Source: a virus
Length of the DNA stretch: 64,000 nt
Virus record (IMG/VR): IMGVR_UViG_3300046463_000164
Direction: 5' to 3' (one strand)
Shown here in pieces: positions 10,428 to 20,923 of this stretch (position 1 is the first letter of the stretch; the number at the start of each line of letters is the position of its first letter). The translations under genes were made by a program, and so were the position numbers. The notes under the pieces are model-generated. The model was given only the letters and a program-made list of their open reading frames with translations, was not told the DNA's origin and made no database searches.

Positions 10428-11084
10428 ATGGCTATGAATTTGATGGGGCAATATAAAAGGCCCAATGAGCAAGATTTGGTTGCTGATTTGATTGAAGAAG
10501 CAATCGAACAACGCGGGGTTCAAGTCCGTTATATTCTACGCGACATGCTGAACCCAGACGAATTATTTGGTGAGGCGCCCATGTCCAAGTTTGATAAGGG
10601 ATTTGAGCTGCCTATGTTTATCGAATCGGTGGAGCACTTCAACGGAAACGGTGATGTGTTTGATGAGTTCGGTATTAACAAAATTGACTCTTCCATCTTC
10701 CAGGTCGGAGCTAGAAAGTTCAGAGTGGAAGTAACTTCAGATACTCCTGAAGTTGAAAGACCCAGAGAAGGTGACTTGATCTATCTCCCTTTCTCTGATT
10801 CCTTATGGGAAATCAATAAGGTTAAGATGGACATTAAGTATTACCAACTAGGTCGCAATTACACTTACCGTTTGGTATGTAAGCTGTTCGAATACAGCCA
10901 CGAAGAAGTAAACAACCCAGAAAGCGATTTCACAGAATATTCTACCATCACTGAACTCGATGATGTTGGATTGAAACGCCTATTGGAAGTTGGTCCTGGG
11001 CAAGAGATTGATGAGAATGGTCACATTCAACAGGCTCTTGAACCTTATCGTACAACACCCGCTGACGACGCATTTGGATTCTAA
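10428..11084 (+). CDS. gp14: Neck protein gp14
   Basis: EQDLVADLIEEAIE, RPREGDLIYLP, YYQLGRNY, CKLFEYS motifs. Confidence 0.9.
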   Translation: MAMNLMGQYKRPNEQDLVADLIEEAIEQRGVQVRYILRDMLNPDELFGEAPMSKFDKGFELPMFIESVEHFNGNGDVFDEFGINKIDSSIFQVGARKFRVEVTSDTPEVERPREGDLIYLPFSDSLWEINKVKMDIKYYQLGRNYTYRLVCKLFEYSHEEVNNPESDFTEYSTITELDDVGLKRLLEVGPGQEIDENGHIQQALEPYRTTPADDAFGF

Positions 11085-11086
11085 TT

Positions 11087-11872
11087 ATGAGCGATACAAG
11101 TATTTTTGGTCTTGACCAGTATTTCTACCACGCATCCACTCGTCGCTACGTTGCTTTGTTCGGCACCTTATTCTCTGATTTGTATATCAAGAGAACGTCT
11201 ACTGATGGTAGCAAGGAAGATACCATCAAGGTGCCTATTCAATATGCAACCGGTAATATGTATCTTAAGGCGGCGCAAGATGTTGCTCTGAGAGAGAACA
11301 AGCAGCTCAGTCGTATTCTGCCTTCAATGGCATACTCTCTACAGAATATATACAAAGATGTTAGCCGCAAAACTAACCCGATGAATAGGTTGAAGGGACC
11401 AGCGGTCAGCGCCACTAATCAGAAGCAGTTTCAATACAACCGTGTTCCGTATAACTACATGTTCGAGTTGGTCATCAGAACTAAGAATACTGATGATATG
11501 CTACAATTGGTAGAACAGATTGTGCCCGCATTCGATGGCAACCTTTCTGTGACTATTCAAGATACCACTGGAGTTGATGTGGAGCAGGACATCATAATAG
11601 TGTTGGACGAAATTGCCATGTCTGATGATTATGATGAAGAAATGCAATCTAGATTGATTGAGTATAAGATCACGTTTGAACTAAAGGGCTATCTGTATAA
11701 GAGAACTCAGACAGGATTGGTGATCAAGGAAGTTGACATTCAGTTTGCCGACATTGATGACGCATCATTCATCTACGATGAGCAACCGTATGCTGACAAG
11801 TATCCTATTCAAGCTGAGCAAGATAATCTCAATAAGATGAGCACAGTGTTGGAAGGTCTCGGAGTTCAATAA
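11087..11872 (+). CDS. gp15: Tail sheath stabiliser/terminator gp15
   Basis: YFYHASTRRYVALFGTLFSD, KVPIQYA, QLVEQIVPAF motifs. Confidence 0.9.
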   Translation: MSDTSIFGLDQYFYHASTRRYVALFGTLFSDLYIKRTSTDGSKEDTIKVPIQYATGNMYLKAAQDVALRENKQLSRILPSMAYSLQNIYKDVSRKTNPMNRLKGPAVSATNQKQFQYNRVPYNYMFELVIRTKNTDDMLQLVEQIVPAFDGNLSVTIQDTTGVDVEQDIIIVLDEIAMSDDYDEEMQSRLIEYKITFELKGYLYKRTQTGLVIKEVDIQFADIDDASFIYDEQPYADKYPIQAEQDNLNKMSTVLEGLGVQ

Positions 11873-11886
11873 AAAGGAAAATAAAA

Positions 11887-12459
11887 ATGACTACAATGTC
11901 CGAAAGGTTAAAAGATACCTTGGGTATGCTGGAATCTCGCGGCGTTGAGATCAAGCGTGCTAATAGTACTGAGTTTGATATTGATGAAGATGGAGTGATC
12001 GGCGGACACCCAGGCAGCGGCGGCGGTGCCCTGATCCCCTTCAAACCAAAAGAAGTGGTTACTTCGGTCCCAGAAACAGAGAATTCTGATATTCGGGACG
12101 ACTATATCACTTCAAGAAATATTACCCATACCCTGATTGATATGGCTGGTAGTGCTCTTGAGGGCGCTCTCAGCGTAGCTATTGAAACTCAACACCCAAA
12201 GGCTTACACGGTGTTTAACGAACTAGCTACCACAATGAGAGGTTTGTCTAAGGATTTGCTTGAGATGCAGAAAATCTACAAGGAAATCTCTGCTGAGAAA
12301 GCGGCTAAAGCGGCTGCTGAGAAGGCGGCTAATGTCACTCAGAACAACGTGACCAACATCACCACTAACGCTTCTCTATCTGAAGTGTTGAAGATGTTGA
12401 AAGAAGGCGGTGGTGATCCGACCCCGATTCAAGCGGTTGATGAGGTGATAGATGTTTGA
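11887..12459 (+). CDS. gp16: Terminase small subunit gp16
   Basis: DDYITSRN, HPKAYTVFNEL, NVTQNNV motifs; overlaps the gp17 start. Confidence 0.85.
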   Translation: MTTMSERLKDTLGMLESRGVEIKRANSTEFDIDEDGVIGGHPGSGGGALIPFKPKEVVTSVPETENSDIRDDYITSRNITHTLIDMAGSALEGALSVAIETQHPKAYTVFNELATTMRGLSKDLLEMQKIYKEISAEKAAKAAAEKAANVTQNNVTNITTNASLSEVLKMLKEGGGDPTPIQAVDEVIDV

Positions 12460-14275
12460 GAAGAAAGCGATTCAGTATGCTCCGTTTAAGGATGGTGCGG
12501 GTCATCCTTTTCCGGTTGAAGACATTATGTTGCCGTATAAAGACACCTACAACGGTAATATCCTGATCAAAAAGGCATTTGTCAAATCTGAGCTTTCAAT
12601 GAATCACATCATTGAAGCGGCAAGGTGTGAGAAAGACCCGATTTACTTCATCGAGAACTATTGTCGTATTGTTTCTCTGGATGACGGTATCATTCCTTTC
12701 AAGCTGTTTGATTATCAGAAGAAGATGATCAAAATGTATGCTGAGAATCGATTCAGCTTGACGCTTACTGCCCGTCAGATGGGTAAGACAGCAGCGATGG
12801 CTGCGTTCATTCTTTGGTTTGCCATCTTCCACCCAACTAAGACCATTGCCGTTCTGGCTAATAAGGGTGAACAGGCTCAGGAAATTATGGACCGTATTCG
12901 TATGGCCTTTGAGTACTTGCCTTTCTTCTTACAGCACGGCGTTAAGGTATACAACAAGCGTCGTATCGAGTTCGACAATGGCTCGATCATTTTCTCAGCA
13001 GCAACTTCTGCTTCTGGTATTCGTGGACGTTCTGTTGACCTTTGTTATATTGACGAAGCAGCGTTCATCGAAAACGACTTGACATTCTACGAATCAACTT
13101 ACCCGGTTATTACGTCTGGTAAGGAGTCGCGCGTTATTATGACGACAACGCCTCGTGGTGCTCGTGGTATGTTTTATATGCTTTGGCGGGATTCTCTCGC
13201 AAATAGAAACTACTACACCAGACTTGAAGTTATCTGGGATGCTCACCCGAAACGCGATGAACGTTGGAAAGAAGAAACCATCGCCAACATTGGATATTCT
13301 CGATTCGCCCAGGAGTTCTCTTGTAAGTTCCAAGGGTCTTCAGGCACTCTTATCCCAACCGAAGTGTTGGAAAGAATGCAGTGGATCAACCCTATTCAAG
13401 AAGATGAGTATTTCAAAGTCTACTTGGAATACCAACACAAGCACGTTGAGATTCCTGATCCTGAGGATGAAACTGGCCAAAGGAAAATTAAGGTTGCAAT
13501 GCCTGTTGATCCAACTAAGGACAAGCCAAGAAAGTATCTTGCTATCTCGGACCCGGCTGGGGGATTAGGACAAGACTATTCAGTATGTACCGTATTGGAC
13601 GTTACTGAATATCCTTACAAAATCGCGGCTAAATATAGGAATAACAATATCAGCCCATTGCTGTTCCCGCATACAATTCTAAATATATGTATGACGTATG
13701 GCAATTGTCCTGTCCTCGTTGAAGCGAATAATGACGTAGGCGGTCAGGTTACATATATCTTGTATTATGAACTTGAATACGAGAATATGATTCTAACGTC
13801 TAACTCAGAACGCGCCATCGGCGGATTGAGAGAAGGCGGTAAAGGCAACGCTGCGCTACCTGGCGTGAAGACAACCAAAAAGGTTAAATCCATTGGATGT
13901 TCAAACCTCAAGACATTGCTTGAAAATGAGTATCTGGTTATTGAGGATCAGGAAACTATTGAAGAACTAGGCACATTCATCGCCAAGGGCGCAAGCTACG
14001 AAGCCGATGAAGAATGTCACGACGACACCGTAATGCCATTGGTGTTGTTTTCTTGGTTCATCAAGACCGAGCTTTTCAACGAATATTGTGGTAGTGATAT
14101 CGGCGCTGATCTCTATAGGAGAAACGTCAATATTGCTATGGAAAGTATTCTACCATTCGGCTACATTGAAATTGCAAATAATGAAGTCGTTGAGTATGCT
14201 GCAAATATTGGCGGTCACGCCATGAACGTAACTGAAAATAATATGATGTCGTTTGAACAATGGATGGCCCTGTAG
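12452..14275 (+). CDS. gp17: Terminase large subunit gp17
   Basis: Walker A ARQMGKT, Walker B YIDEAAF, TTTPRG, nuclease motifs DPAGGLGQDYS and HDDTVM. Confidence 0.97.
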   Translation: MFEKKAIQYAPFKDGAGHPFPVEDIMLPYKDTYNGNILIKKAFVKSELSMNHIIEAARCEKDPIYFIENYCRIVSLDDGIIPFKLFDYQKKMIKMYAENRFSLTLTARQMGKTAAMAAFILWFAIFHPTKTIAVLANKGEQAQEIMDRIRMAFEYLPFFLQHGVKVYNKRRIEFDNGSIIFSAATSASGIRGRSVDLCYIDEAAFIENDLTFYESTYPVITSGKESRVIMTTTPRGARGMFYMLWRDSLANRNYYTRLEVIWDAHPKRDERWKEETIANIGYSRFAQEFSCKFQGSSGTLIPTEVLERMQWINPIQEDEYFKVYLEYQHKHVEIPDPEDETGQRKIKVAMPVDPTKDKPRKYLAISDPAGGLGQDYSVCTVLDVTEYPYKIAAKYRNNNISPLLFPHTILNICMTYGNCPVLVEANNDVGGQVTYILYYELEYENMILTSNSERAIGGLREGGKGNAALPGVKTTKKVKSIGCSNLKTLLENEYLVIEDQETIEELGTFIAKGASYEADEECHDDTVMPLVLFSWFIKTELFNEYCGSDIGADLYRRNVNIAMESILPFGYIEIANNEVVEYAANIGGHAMNVTENNMMSFEQWMAL

Positions 14276-14326
14276 GATACATCTAAATATTACTAGGTTG
14301 AACTTTAACAAGATAAAGGAAGATTT

Positions 14327-16189
14327 ATGCTATTTTTATCGCCTGCTGTCCTTACTTCTGAGGACGATCAAACCCTATACACCACGCAGGTAGCCAATAA
14401 AGTTGGCGCTATTGCTGGTGCCTTCCAATGGGGTCCAGTAGATGCCCCTACACAAATCACAAACGGCGAAAAGGAATTTGTTGCCAAATTCGGCATTCCT
14501 GACAACGTAACGTATCCGTATGTAATGCCTTTGCTAGACTTCTTCTCATACAGCAAGGCTGCATGGGTTGTTCGTCAAGTGGGTGCTGCTGCGCGTAACG
14601 CATTCCCTACAGGTCAAACGGCTGAACTCGTGAAGAACGATGACGCATTTGACGCGGGCAATTTCACAGGTTCTGACTTTATCGCCAAGTATCCTGGAGT
14701 TGCTGGTAACGGTCTTGCTGTCGTAATTATCGACCAAGCCCACTTCGATGGTCATGAACTAGCTAACCAATTCACGTATGTTCCCATCGCTTCTGCCGGT
14801 GAATATGCTATCGCTGTGGTTGATACCACGGGATATTGGACTGGTACGGCTCAAAAGAAACAAAAAGAAAGCCTATATGTAACTGGCTCTGCTACGGCAA
14901 GCGCGACGATCACTGTATTTGGTGTTCCTGTTACAGTTGCTGCTAATGATACGGCTTCCGCAGTTGCTGCTAAGATTGCTGGTACTGCTGGCATCGTTGC
15001 ACTATTCGATTCTGTAGTTGCTAACGGCAGCATCGTTACCTACGTTGAGAAAACTGCTGGCTACTCTACGGTGACTCCTGCTCCTGCGGCTCAAAATGGC
15101 GTGGCTTTCGCTACTACGATTGTTGATCCAGGTTCTCTAGGTGGCGTTCTAGAGAAGTATGAATTGATGACGTCTAATCCTGCTGCTCGCTTTGCCGACG
15201 GCACAACTCAGTACTATGTGGACGCTATCAACAAGGGTTCTAAGTACATCCGAGTTGGCGACAAGTCAATTGCTCTTTCTAACCGCACAGTGGTTCTAGC
15301 TGGTGGTGTGGATGACCAAGTGGTTAACGTCACAGAAGGTTTCCAGCTATTCGCCAACCGTGAAGCATATGATATTCAGTTCCTAATCGCTCCTGCTGTT
15401 AGCGAAGCTGAACAAAAGGCGATCATCGACGTTGCTGAAACTCGTATGGATTGTATGCCTTTCGTGGCTCCGATGTTGGCTGACGTTGTGAATAACCGTG
15501 GTAATGAAGTAGCTTCTGTTCTAGATTGGCGTCAAAACCGTCTAAACAAGGACTCTAATTACTCATTCGCAGTCGACAACTGGGGTTACATGTACGACAA
15601 GTACAACGATGTGTACCGTTGGATTCCGGCTACTGGTGGTACGGCTGGTATCTTCGCGCGCACGTTCGTTAACAACGATCCTTGGATTAGCCCGGCTGGT
15701 CTAACGCGCGGTAAGTATTTGAACTACACTAAGATGGCTTGGTCTGCATCTGAAGATGACCGTAACGCTTTGTACCCATTCGGTATCAACAGCATTGTTA
15801 CGTTCCCGTCTGATGGTATTGTCCTTTACGGCGATAAGACGTTGACTCAACGTCCTTCTGCTTTCAGCCGCGTGAACGTCCGTTGGGCATTCATCGTTGC
15901 TAAGCAGAGTGTTGCTGCTATGGCACGTTACTACTTGTTCGAACTAAACGATGCTAGCACTCGTGCTCAATTCGTGAATGCGGCTACTCCGTTCTTGCGT
16001 AACATGAAGAACCGTCGCGCGTTTGAAGATTTCCGTGTGATTTGTAACGCCGACAATAACGATGCCGATACGCGCTTGCAAAACAAGTTTGTTGTTCAGT
16101 TGCTATTGAAGCCTACTTACTCTATCAACTGGGTGATCTTGAACTTGTCTGCTATCCGTCCGGACGTGGCATTTACAGAAAACTCTTAA
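14327..16189 (+). CDS. gp18: Tail sheath protein gp18
   Basis: FLSPAV, AGAFQWGP, PWISPAGLTRG, YGDKT, SAFSRVNVR. Confidence 0.95.
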   Translation: MLFLSPAVLTSEDDQTLYTTQVANKVGAIAGAFQWGPVDAPTQITNGEKEFVAKFGIPDNVTYPYVMPLLDFFSYSKAAWVVRQVGAAARNAFPTGQTAELVKNDDAFDAGNFTGSDFIAKYPGVAGNGLAVVIIDQAHFDGHELANQFTYVPIASAGEYAIAVVDTTGYWTGTAQKKQKESLYVTGSATASATITVFGVPVTVAANDTASAVAAKIAGTAGIVALFDSVVANGSIVTYVEKTAGYSTVTPAPAAQNGVAFATTIVDPGSLGGVLEKYELMTSNPAARFADGTTQYYVDAINKGSKYIRVGDKSIALSNRTVVLAGGVDDQVVNVTEGFQLFANREAYDIQFLIAPAVSEAEQKAIIDVAETRMDCMPFVAPMLADVVNNRGNEVASVLDWRQNRLNKDSNYSFAVDNWGYMYDKYNDVYRWIPATGGTAGIFARTFVNNDPWISPAGLTRGKYLNYTKMAWSASEDDRNALYPFGINSIVTFPSDGIVLYGDKTLTQRPSAFSRVNVRWAFIVAKQSVAAMARYYLFELNDASTRAQFVNAATPFLRNMKNRRAFEDFRVICNADNNDADTRLQNKFVVQLLLKPTYSINWVILNLSAIRPDVAFTENS

Positions 16190-16234
16190 TATTGAAGGGG
16201 AGTAAATCTCCCCTTCCTTTGAAAAGGAAATAAA

Positions 16235-16762
16235 ATGCAGATTTCTCAAATTCGCCAAGCCGTTCGTTCTGGTCTAGTCCGTACTAACCGCTGGCGTGTC
16301 ACGGTGAACCTACCTGGTTATGCCGGTAGTCAAGCGGATGCTTCACAAGCCTCTCTACTTGCTCGTACAACTAGCACGCCTTCATCTGCTATTGGTGTAA
16401 TCGAGCTAACGTGGGGCGGACGTACATTGCCGGTTCCTGGTGATCGTACCTATGAAGAATTCACTGTTACGTTCATCGGCGTCAATGATATGAACGTGTA
16501 CAATGCATTCCAGAAGTGGTCTGAAAACATCAACGGTTCTGACTCTAATACGGGTCTAACCAGTCTTGATAACATCATGAACGACATCACGTTGGAACTA
16601 CTAGACGTGAACGACAATGTTACAAAGACTTTCGTTCTACATGACTCTTGGCCCGCTACGGTTGGTCAGATGTCTATGGATTCGGGCGAAATGGATGGCT
16701 ACGCTCAATATGATGTAACTTTCCGTTATGTCAACTACAGCCAGCCTAACGTAACGCTGTAA
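16235..16762 (+). CDS. gp19: Tail tube protein gp19
   Basis: RTNRWRV, WGGRTLPVPGDRTYEEFTVTF, WPATVG; follows the sheath gene. Confidence 0.93.
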   Translation: MQISQIRQAVRSGLVRTNRWRVTVNLPGYAGSQADASQASLLARTTSTPSSAIGVIELTWGGRTLPVPGDRTYEEFTVTFIGVNDMNVYNAFQKWSENINGSDSNTGLTSLDNIMNDITLELLDVNDNVTKTFVLHDSWPATVGQMSMDSGEMDGYAQYDVTFRYVNYSQPNVTL

Positions 16763-16775
16763 TCTTCAAATAAGA

Positions 16776-16799
16776 AAGGGACTCTAACGAGTCCCTTTT
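16776..16799. terminator. Terminator hairpin after gp19
   Basis: AAAGGGACTC-TAAC-GAGTCCCTTTT. Confidence 0.7.
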
Positions 16800-16848
16800 G
16801 ATTTGTGGGTTAGCCCTAAATACTAATACTACATTAACGAGGGCAATT

Positions 16849-18522
16849 ATGGCACTCCAATCATCTATTCGCAATGGCTTCTCCCGCTTGTTTCTAGGCA
16901 CGGAAGTTGCTAATCCAGAGCGCGAAGAAGAACAGAAAATCATCCAAAAACAGACCCTGGTGGCTGTTGAAAACGATGATGCATCCGATCTTATTGACGT
17001 TAACCATTACTACACTACCGGCTTTGCTAATCAGCTGGATATGCGTAATCAGGCTGAAGTCATCAATGAATATCGCTCTATGGTCATCCACTCTGAGGTG
17101 GATAGAGCAGTGGATGATATCATCAATGAAGCTGTTACCGCAGACGCTGACGAAAGCCCTGTTGTTATCAGTATCAAGGATATTCAGGAAGGATTGGCCC
17201 AAGAAACGAAAGATAAGATTATCAAGGAATTCAACTACTTGATTCGCTTGTTGAAATTCGATCTTCGTTCTTATGAAATCTTCAAGCAGTTCTATGTCGA
17301 TGGTAGACTCTACTACCACAAGATCATTGACCCTCAGCGCCCCAAGAAGGGCATTCTGAAGCTGGTTAATCTAGACTCTCGTTCAATCAAGAAGGTTAAA
17401 GAGATTGCAACTGAGACCGACCCTCAAACAAAGATCGATCGCATTGTAGATACTCGCTCATACTTCTTGTATGACCCGACCTACGCGACTTCAGCATCAA
17501 ACGATACCGGTGTTCGCTCTAACCTAGTCTCTCGCGTAGAGCAGGCTCTGGAACTGAGCCTAGACACGGTAGCATTCGTGCATAGCGGGATTATATCGGG
17601 TGATGCTGGTAACGTTATCCTAGGCCACCTAGAGAAGGCTAGAAAGCCTCTAAATAACCTCCGTATGCTAGAGGATGCCTGCGTAATCTATCGTATTACG
17701 CGTGCGCCTGAACGCCGCATTTTCTATGTGGACGTTGGTACGCTTCCTAAGAAGGGTGCTGAGGAATACATGATGAGCCTGATCAATAAATACCGGACTA
17801 AACTGGTATATGACGGCACAACGGGTAAGGTTAAAGGCAATTCTCACCAAGTCTCCATGATGGAAGATTATTGGTTGCCTCGTCGTGAAGGTGGACGCGG
17901 TACTGAGATTGATACTCTACCTGCCGGCGAGAACCTAGGCCAAATTGAAGATTTGCGTTACTTCCAGAAGAAACTGCTTGAGTCGCTGAACGTGCCTAAG
18001 TCGCGTCTGGAAAGCGAAGCTACCATTTCTATTGGTAACCGCGCTACGGAAATCAACCGTGATGAAATTAAGTTCAACAAGTTCGTTCAACGTCTACGCC
18101 GCCGTTTCAACGGTTTGTTCCTAGACCTTTTACGCACTCAGTTGATTTTGAAGGGCATTACGACTGCGGATGACTGGGAAGAAATTGTTCTACCATCACT
18201 CTCATTCGACTATGCTTCTGATGAATTCGTCAAAGAAGAACAAGAAGCACAAATTATGGAAGGCCGTCTAAATGCCCTCCAGCAAGCTGATGAATACGTT
18301 GGTAAGTATTTCTCTAAGCGTCAAGTCCAGAAGAAGATTCTGCGAATGACTGATGAAGAGATCAAGGAAACCGCTGAAGAGATTGATGAAGAGATCAAGG
18401 CTGGTGAGTATCTATCGGCTCAAGATCAAGCTGATATGGATGCTGGTATCCATGACGACCAACTAGATGCGCAGATTAAGGTTGCTAAGGCAACTAAACC
18501 TCCTGCCCCAAGTAAAAAGTAA
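16849..18522 (+). CDS. gp20: Portal protein gp20 (start moved to ATG 16849)
   Basis: FYVDGR, YRITRAPERRIFYVDVG, MEDYWLPRREGGRGTEI; GAGG RBS and late promoter 16816 upstream. Confidence 0.97.
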   Translation: MALQSSIRNGFSRLFLGTEVANPEREEEQKIIQKQTLVAVENDDASDLIDVNHYYTTGFANQLDMRNQAEVINEYRSMVIHSEVDRAVDDIINEAVTADADESPVVISIKDIQEGLAQETKDKIIKEFNYLIRLLKFDLRSYEIFKQFYVDGRLYYHKIIDPQRPKKGILKLVNLDSRSIKKVKEIATETDPQTKIDRIVDTRSYFLYDPTYATSASNDTGVRSNLVSRVEQALELSLDTVAFVHSGIISGDAGNVILGHLEKARKPLNNLRMLEDACVIYRITRAPERRIFYVDVGTLPKKGAEEYMMSLINKYRTKLVYDGTTGKVKGNSHQVSMMEDYWLPRREGGRGTEIDTLPAGENLGQIEDLRYFQKKLLESLNVPKSRLESEATISIGNRATEINRDEIKFNKFVQRLRRRFNGLFLDLLRTQLILKGITTADDWEEIVLPSLSFDYASDEFVKEEQEAQIMEGRLNALQQADEYVGKYFSKRQVQKKILRMTDEEIKETAEEIDEEIKAGEYLSAQDQADMDAGIHDDQLDAQIKVAKATKPPAPSKK

Positions 18523-18531
18523 AGGACTAAT

Positions 18532-18876
18532 ATGGAAAAGCAAGACATCATCAATTCGTTTCTGTCTAAAGACGCGGACAAAGTAACCGAAGCCAAAGCT
18601 GCTCTAAAGTCGCTTTTGACTGCTCGTATGACTCAGTTCCGTTCGGACTCTTCAAAATTCATCGCTAAATCGCTGTTTGAATCTGGCATGACTTTTGTTC
18701 CGCCTGGTATTAAGGTTGGTGACTATGGCGTGAATGCTGCCGGCGCTAAGGTTGTGGTCACACAAGTCCTAGGCGATGGTATGCTAGAACTGAAGCATAT
18801 TGAAGGCGGCACTCTATACAAGGCCGCTGGAGATTTTACCCCTGAAGGCGGAACGCCGCCTGGTAAAGGAGCGTAA
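18532..18876 (+). CDS. Prohead core protein (gp67/68 position)
   Basis: Lies between portal and protease; internal LFE-S resembles a gp21 cleavage site. Confidence 0.6.
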   Translation: MEKQDIINSFLSKDADKVTEAKAALKSLLTARMTQFRSDSSKFIAKSLFESGMTFVPPGIKVGDYGVNAAGAKVVVTQVLGDGMLELKHIEGGTLYKAAGDFTPEGGTPPGKGA

Positions 18877-18879
18877 GCT

Positions 18880-19497
18880 ATGATGTTCCTACGCGAGTGG
18901 GCGCCAAATATGGAAACCCTTACCGAGCAAACTGCTGAAGGTAAGGTTCTGTATTTGGAAGGTCCAATGATCATGACCGAAAAACGTAACCGCAACGGTC
19001 GTATCTATGAAAAAGCAATGATGGAAAGCTCAGTCGATACTTACATCGAGAGCTATCTAAAGGCCAATCGTGCTATTGGTGAGCTAAACCATCCTGACTA
19101 TCCGTTCCCTAATATCAAAGAAGCGGCTGTCTATATTGAGTCTCTATCTTGGCAAGGGACTGATGTTATTGGAAAAGCGCGCGTACTAAATAATATTCAC
19201 GGACAACAAATCAAGTCTCTAGTGGAAGCAGGTTTCCGCATGGGGATGTCTACTCGCGGTCTTGGTAATGTCGTAGAACGTTCCGGCCAAAAGTATGTCA
19301 CAGAATATATGCTCAACGCCATCGACGCGGTTGATATGCCTTCGGGACAAAACTGCTATATGAACGCATTGAAGGAATCTACTGAGTGGGTTCAACAAGG
19401 CGGAATCTGGGTTGAGAAAGAGAACCAAGAAAAGGCTCAGGCTCTGTTCTTGGAGAAATTCGAACAATTGATTCACGAAATCAAGAAGGCTAAATAA
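18880..19497 (+). CDS. gp21: Prohead protease gp21
   Basis: NRNGRIY, AIGELNHP, GMSTRGLG, DAVDMPS. Confidence 0.95.
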   Translation: MMFLREWAPNMETLTEQTAEGKVLYLEGPMIMTEKRNRNGRIYEKAMMESSVDTYIESYLKANRAIGELNHPDYPFPNIKEAAVYIESLSWQGTDVIGKARVLNNIHGQQIKSLVEAGFRMGMSTRGLGNVVERSGQKYVTEYMLNAIDAVDMPSGQNCYMNALKESTEWVQQGGIWVEKENQEKAQALFLEKFEQLIHEIKKAK

Positions 19498-19715
19498 TGG
19501 GTATCTTCAAAGACCTATATGAATCTGCTGGCGGTTCAGTGCCACAGAAGCGTACATTTGTTGTTCATGTTACCCCAAAAGGTAAATCTGAACCTGAAAC
19601 ATATGAACATGAAGCTTATAGCCCACGAAGCACTGTAAGGCATCACCAGGCTGAAGGTAATACGCTACATAAGATTGTTGATAAACATACTGGCGAAGAT
19701 GTTACCAACGAATAA
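19497..19715 (+). CDS. Putative capsid internal protein
   Basis: 72 aa, N-terminus MGIFKDLYE-S resembles a T4 capsid-targeting sequence; lies in the head operon. Confidence 0.55.
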   Translation: MGIFKDLYESAGGSVPQKRTFVVHVTPKGKSEPETYEHEAYSPRSTVRHHQAEGNTLHKIVDKHTGEDVTNE

Positions 19716-19764
19716 GTTGGCGACTAAATACTCTCTATAAACGAATTACCCGAAAGGAACCAAA

Positions 19765-20667
19765 ATGGAACTACTAAAAGCCCTTTTTGAAAACGCTGAA
19801 CTACCTGCAGATTTCAAAGAAAAGACCACGACTCTTTTCGAAGCTGCTGTTGACGAAAGCGTCAAGGCTGAACTCGTCAAGATCCAAGAATCATATGATG
19901 CAAAGCTAGTTGAAGCTAAGGCTGCATTTGCTGCTGATGCCGTCAAGACTGTTGATGCTCTAGTTGAAGAAACCGTCCTAGAATGGGCCAAGGAAAACGC
20001 AGTTGCTCTAGACTCTGAAATCAAGGGTCAGATCGCTGAGTCGTTCCTACAAGGTCTAAAGGGCGTGTTTGAAAAGGCTGATATCGAACTAAGCGGCGAT
20101 ACGGCTGGTAAGGAATTGGTTAAGCTACAAGAGGCTAATGCTGCTCTATCGGCTGAAGCTGCTGCAACTAAGCAAGCTCTAGTTGAGGCTCAAGGCGCTC
20201 TATCTCAGATCAAGCGTAAAGAAGTTATTGCACAAGTTACTGAAGGTCTAGCTGACACGCAAATTCATCGCGTCACTAAGCTATTGGAAGCATTCGACTT
20301 CAAGACTGAAGACGACTTCCGTAACAAGGCTGCTCTAGTTGTTGAAGCTGTTGGTGGTAAGGCCATCAAGGGCACTCACGATGCAGACGGCGTTATCGTT
20401 GCTGTAACTGGCGATACGACTCCTGTTGCTACTAGCAAGATTGACTCTGCATCTACGGGTGTAGAAAATCCTGAAGGCGTGCTAGTTACCAAGCCAGCTG
20501 GTGCTGAAAGCGGTGCAAATGGAGCAAACGCCTCTGCTGAAGGTGCAGACGGTAAGGGCGCAGTTGTGAAGGATCCAGTAACAGAAGCGTATAACCACGC
20601 ACGTGACACATATGCGCCTCACTTCGAAGCAGATATGGTTGCCGAAACCCTAAAGCTGTTCAAGTAA
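19765..20667 (+). CDS. gp22: Prohead scaffold/core protein gp22
   Basis: DFKEKTTTLFEAAV, EWAKENAVAL, AESFLQGLKGVF; acidic coiled coil. Confidence 0.92.
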   Translation: MELLKALFENAELPADFKEKTTTLFEAAVDESVKAELVKIQESYDAKLVEAKAAFAADAVKTVDALVEETVLEWAKENAVALDSEIKGQIAESFLQGLKGVFEKADIELSGDTAGKELVKLQEANAALSAEAAATKQALVEAQGALSQIKRKEVIAQVTEGLADTQIHRVTKLLEAFDFKTEDDFRNKAALVVEAVGGKAIKGTHDADGVIVAVTGDTTPVATSKIDSASTGVENPEGVLVTKPAGAESGANGANASAEGADGKGAVVKDPVTEAYNHARDTYAPHFEADMVAETLKLFK

Positions 20668-20923
20668 TCCGTATCTAAATATCTTTTGAGGCGATAGGGA
20701 AGTACAAGACTATCGCACGGGGAGCAAACACTCCCCGTTTATGTTTCGATTCAATCTCCTGCTTAGAGAACTAAGTAATAGTAGATATGAATCAAAAGGG
20801 AGCGCAAACCTCCCTTTATAAAATTCTCTTTGAGCTTGGACTCGATTAGAAACCTATGAGGATGGCGTTTGCAAAACATCCTCTAAATATAGTTGTATGT
20901 TAAAACTTTAATAGGAAATACAA

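Noticed and set aside
13435-13530. Intein or intron in terminase gp17 (extra charged segment)
   Set aside because: Only ~30 aa, frame intact, no intein C/S...HN motifs; likely a surface loop
16798-16848. Longer N-terminus for portal, and similarly for ORFs called from 32577, 47920 and 51446
   Set aside because: Upstream extensions run through terminators, RNA stems or neighbouring genes; downstream ATGs have proper RBSs
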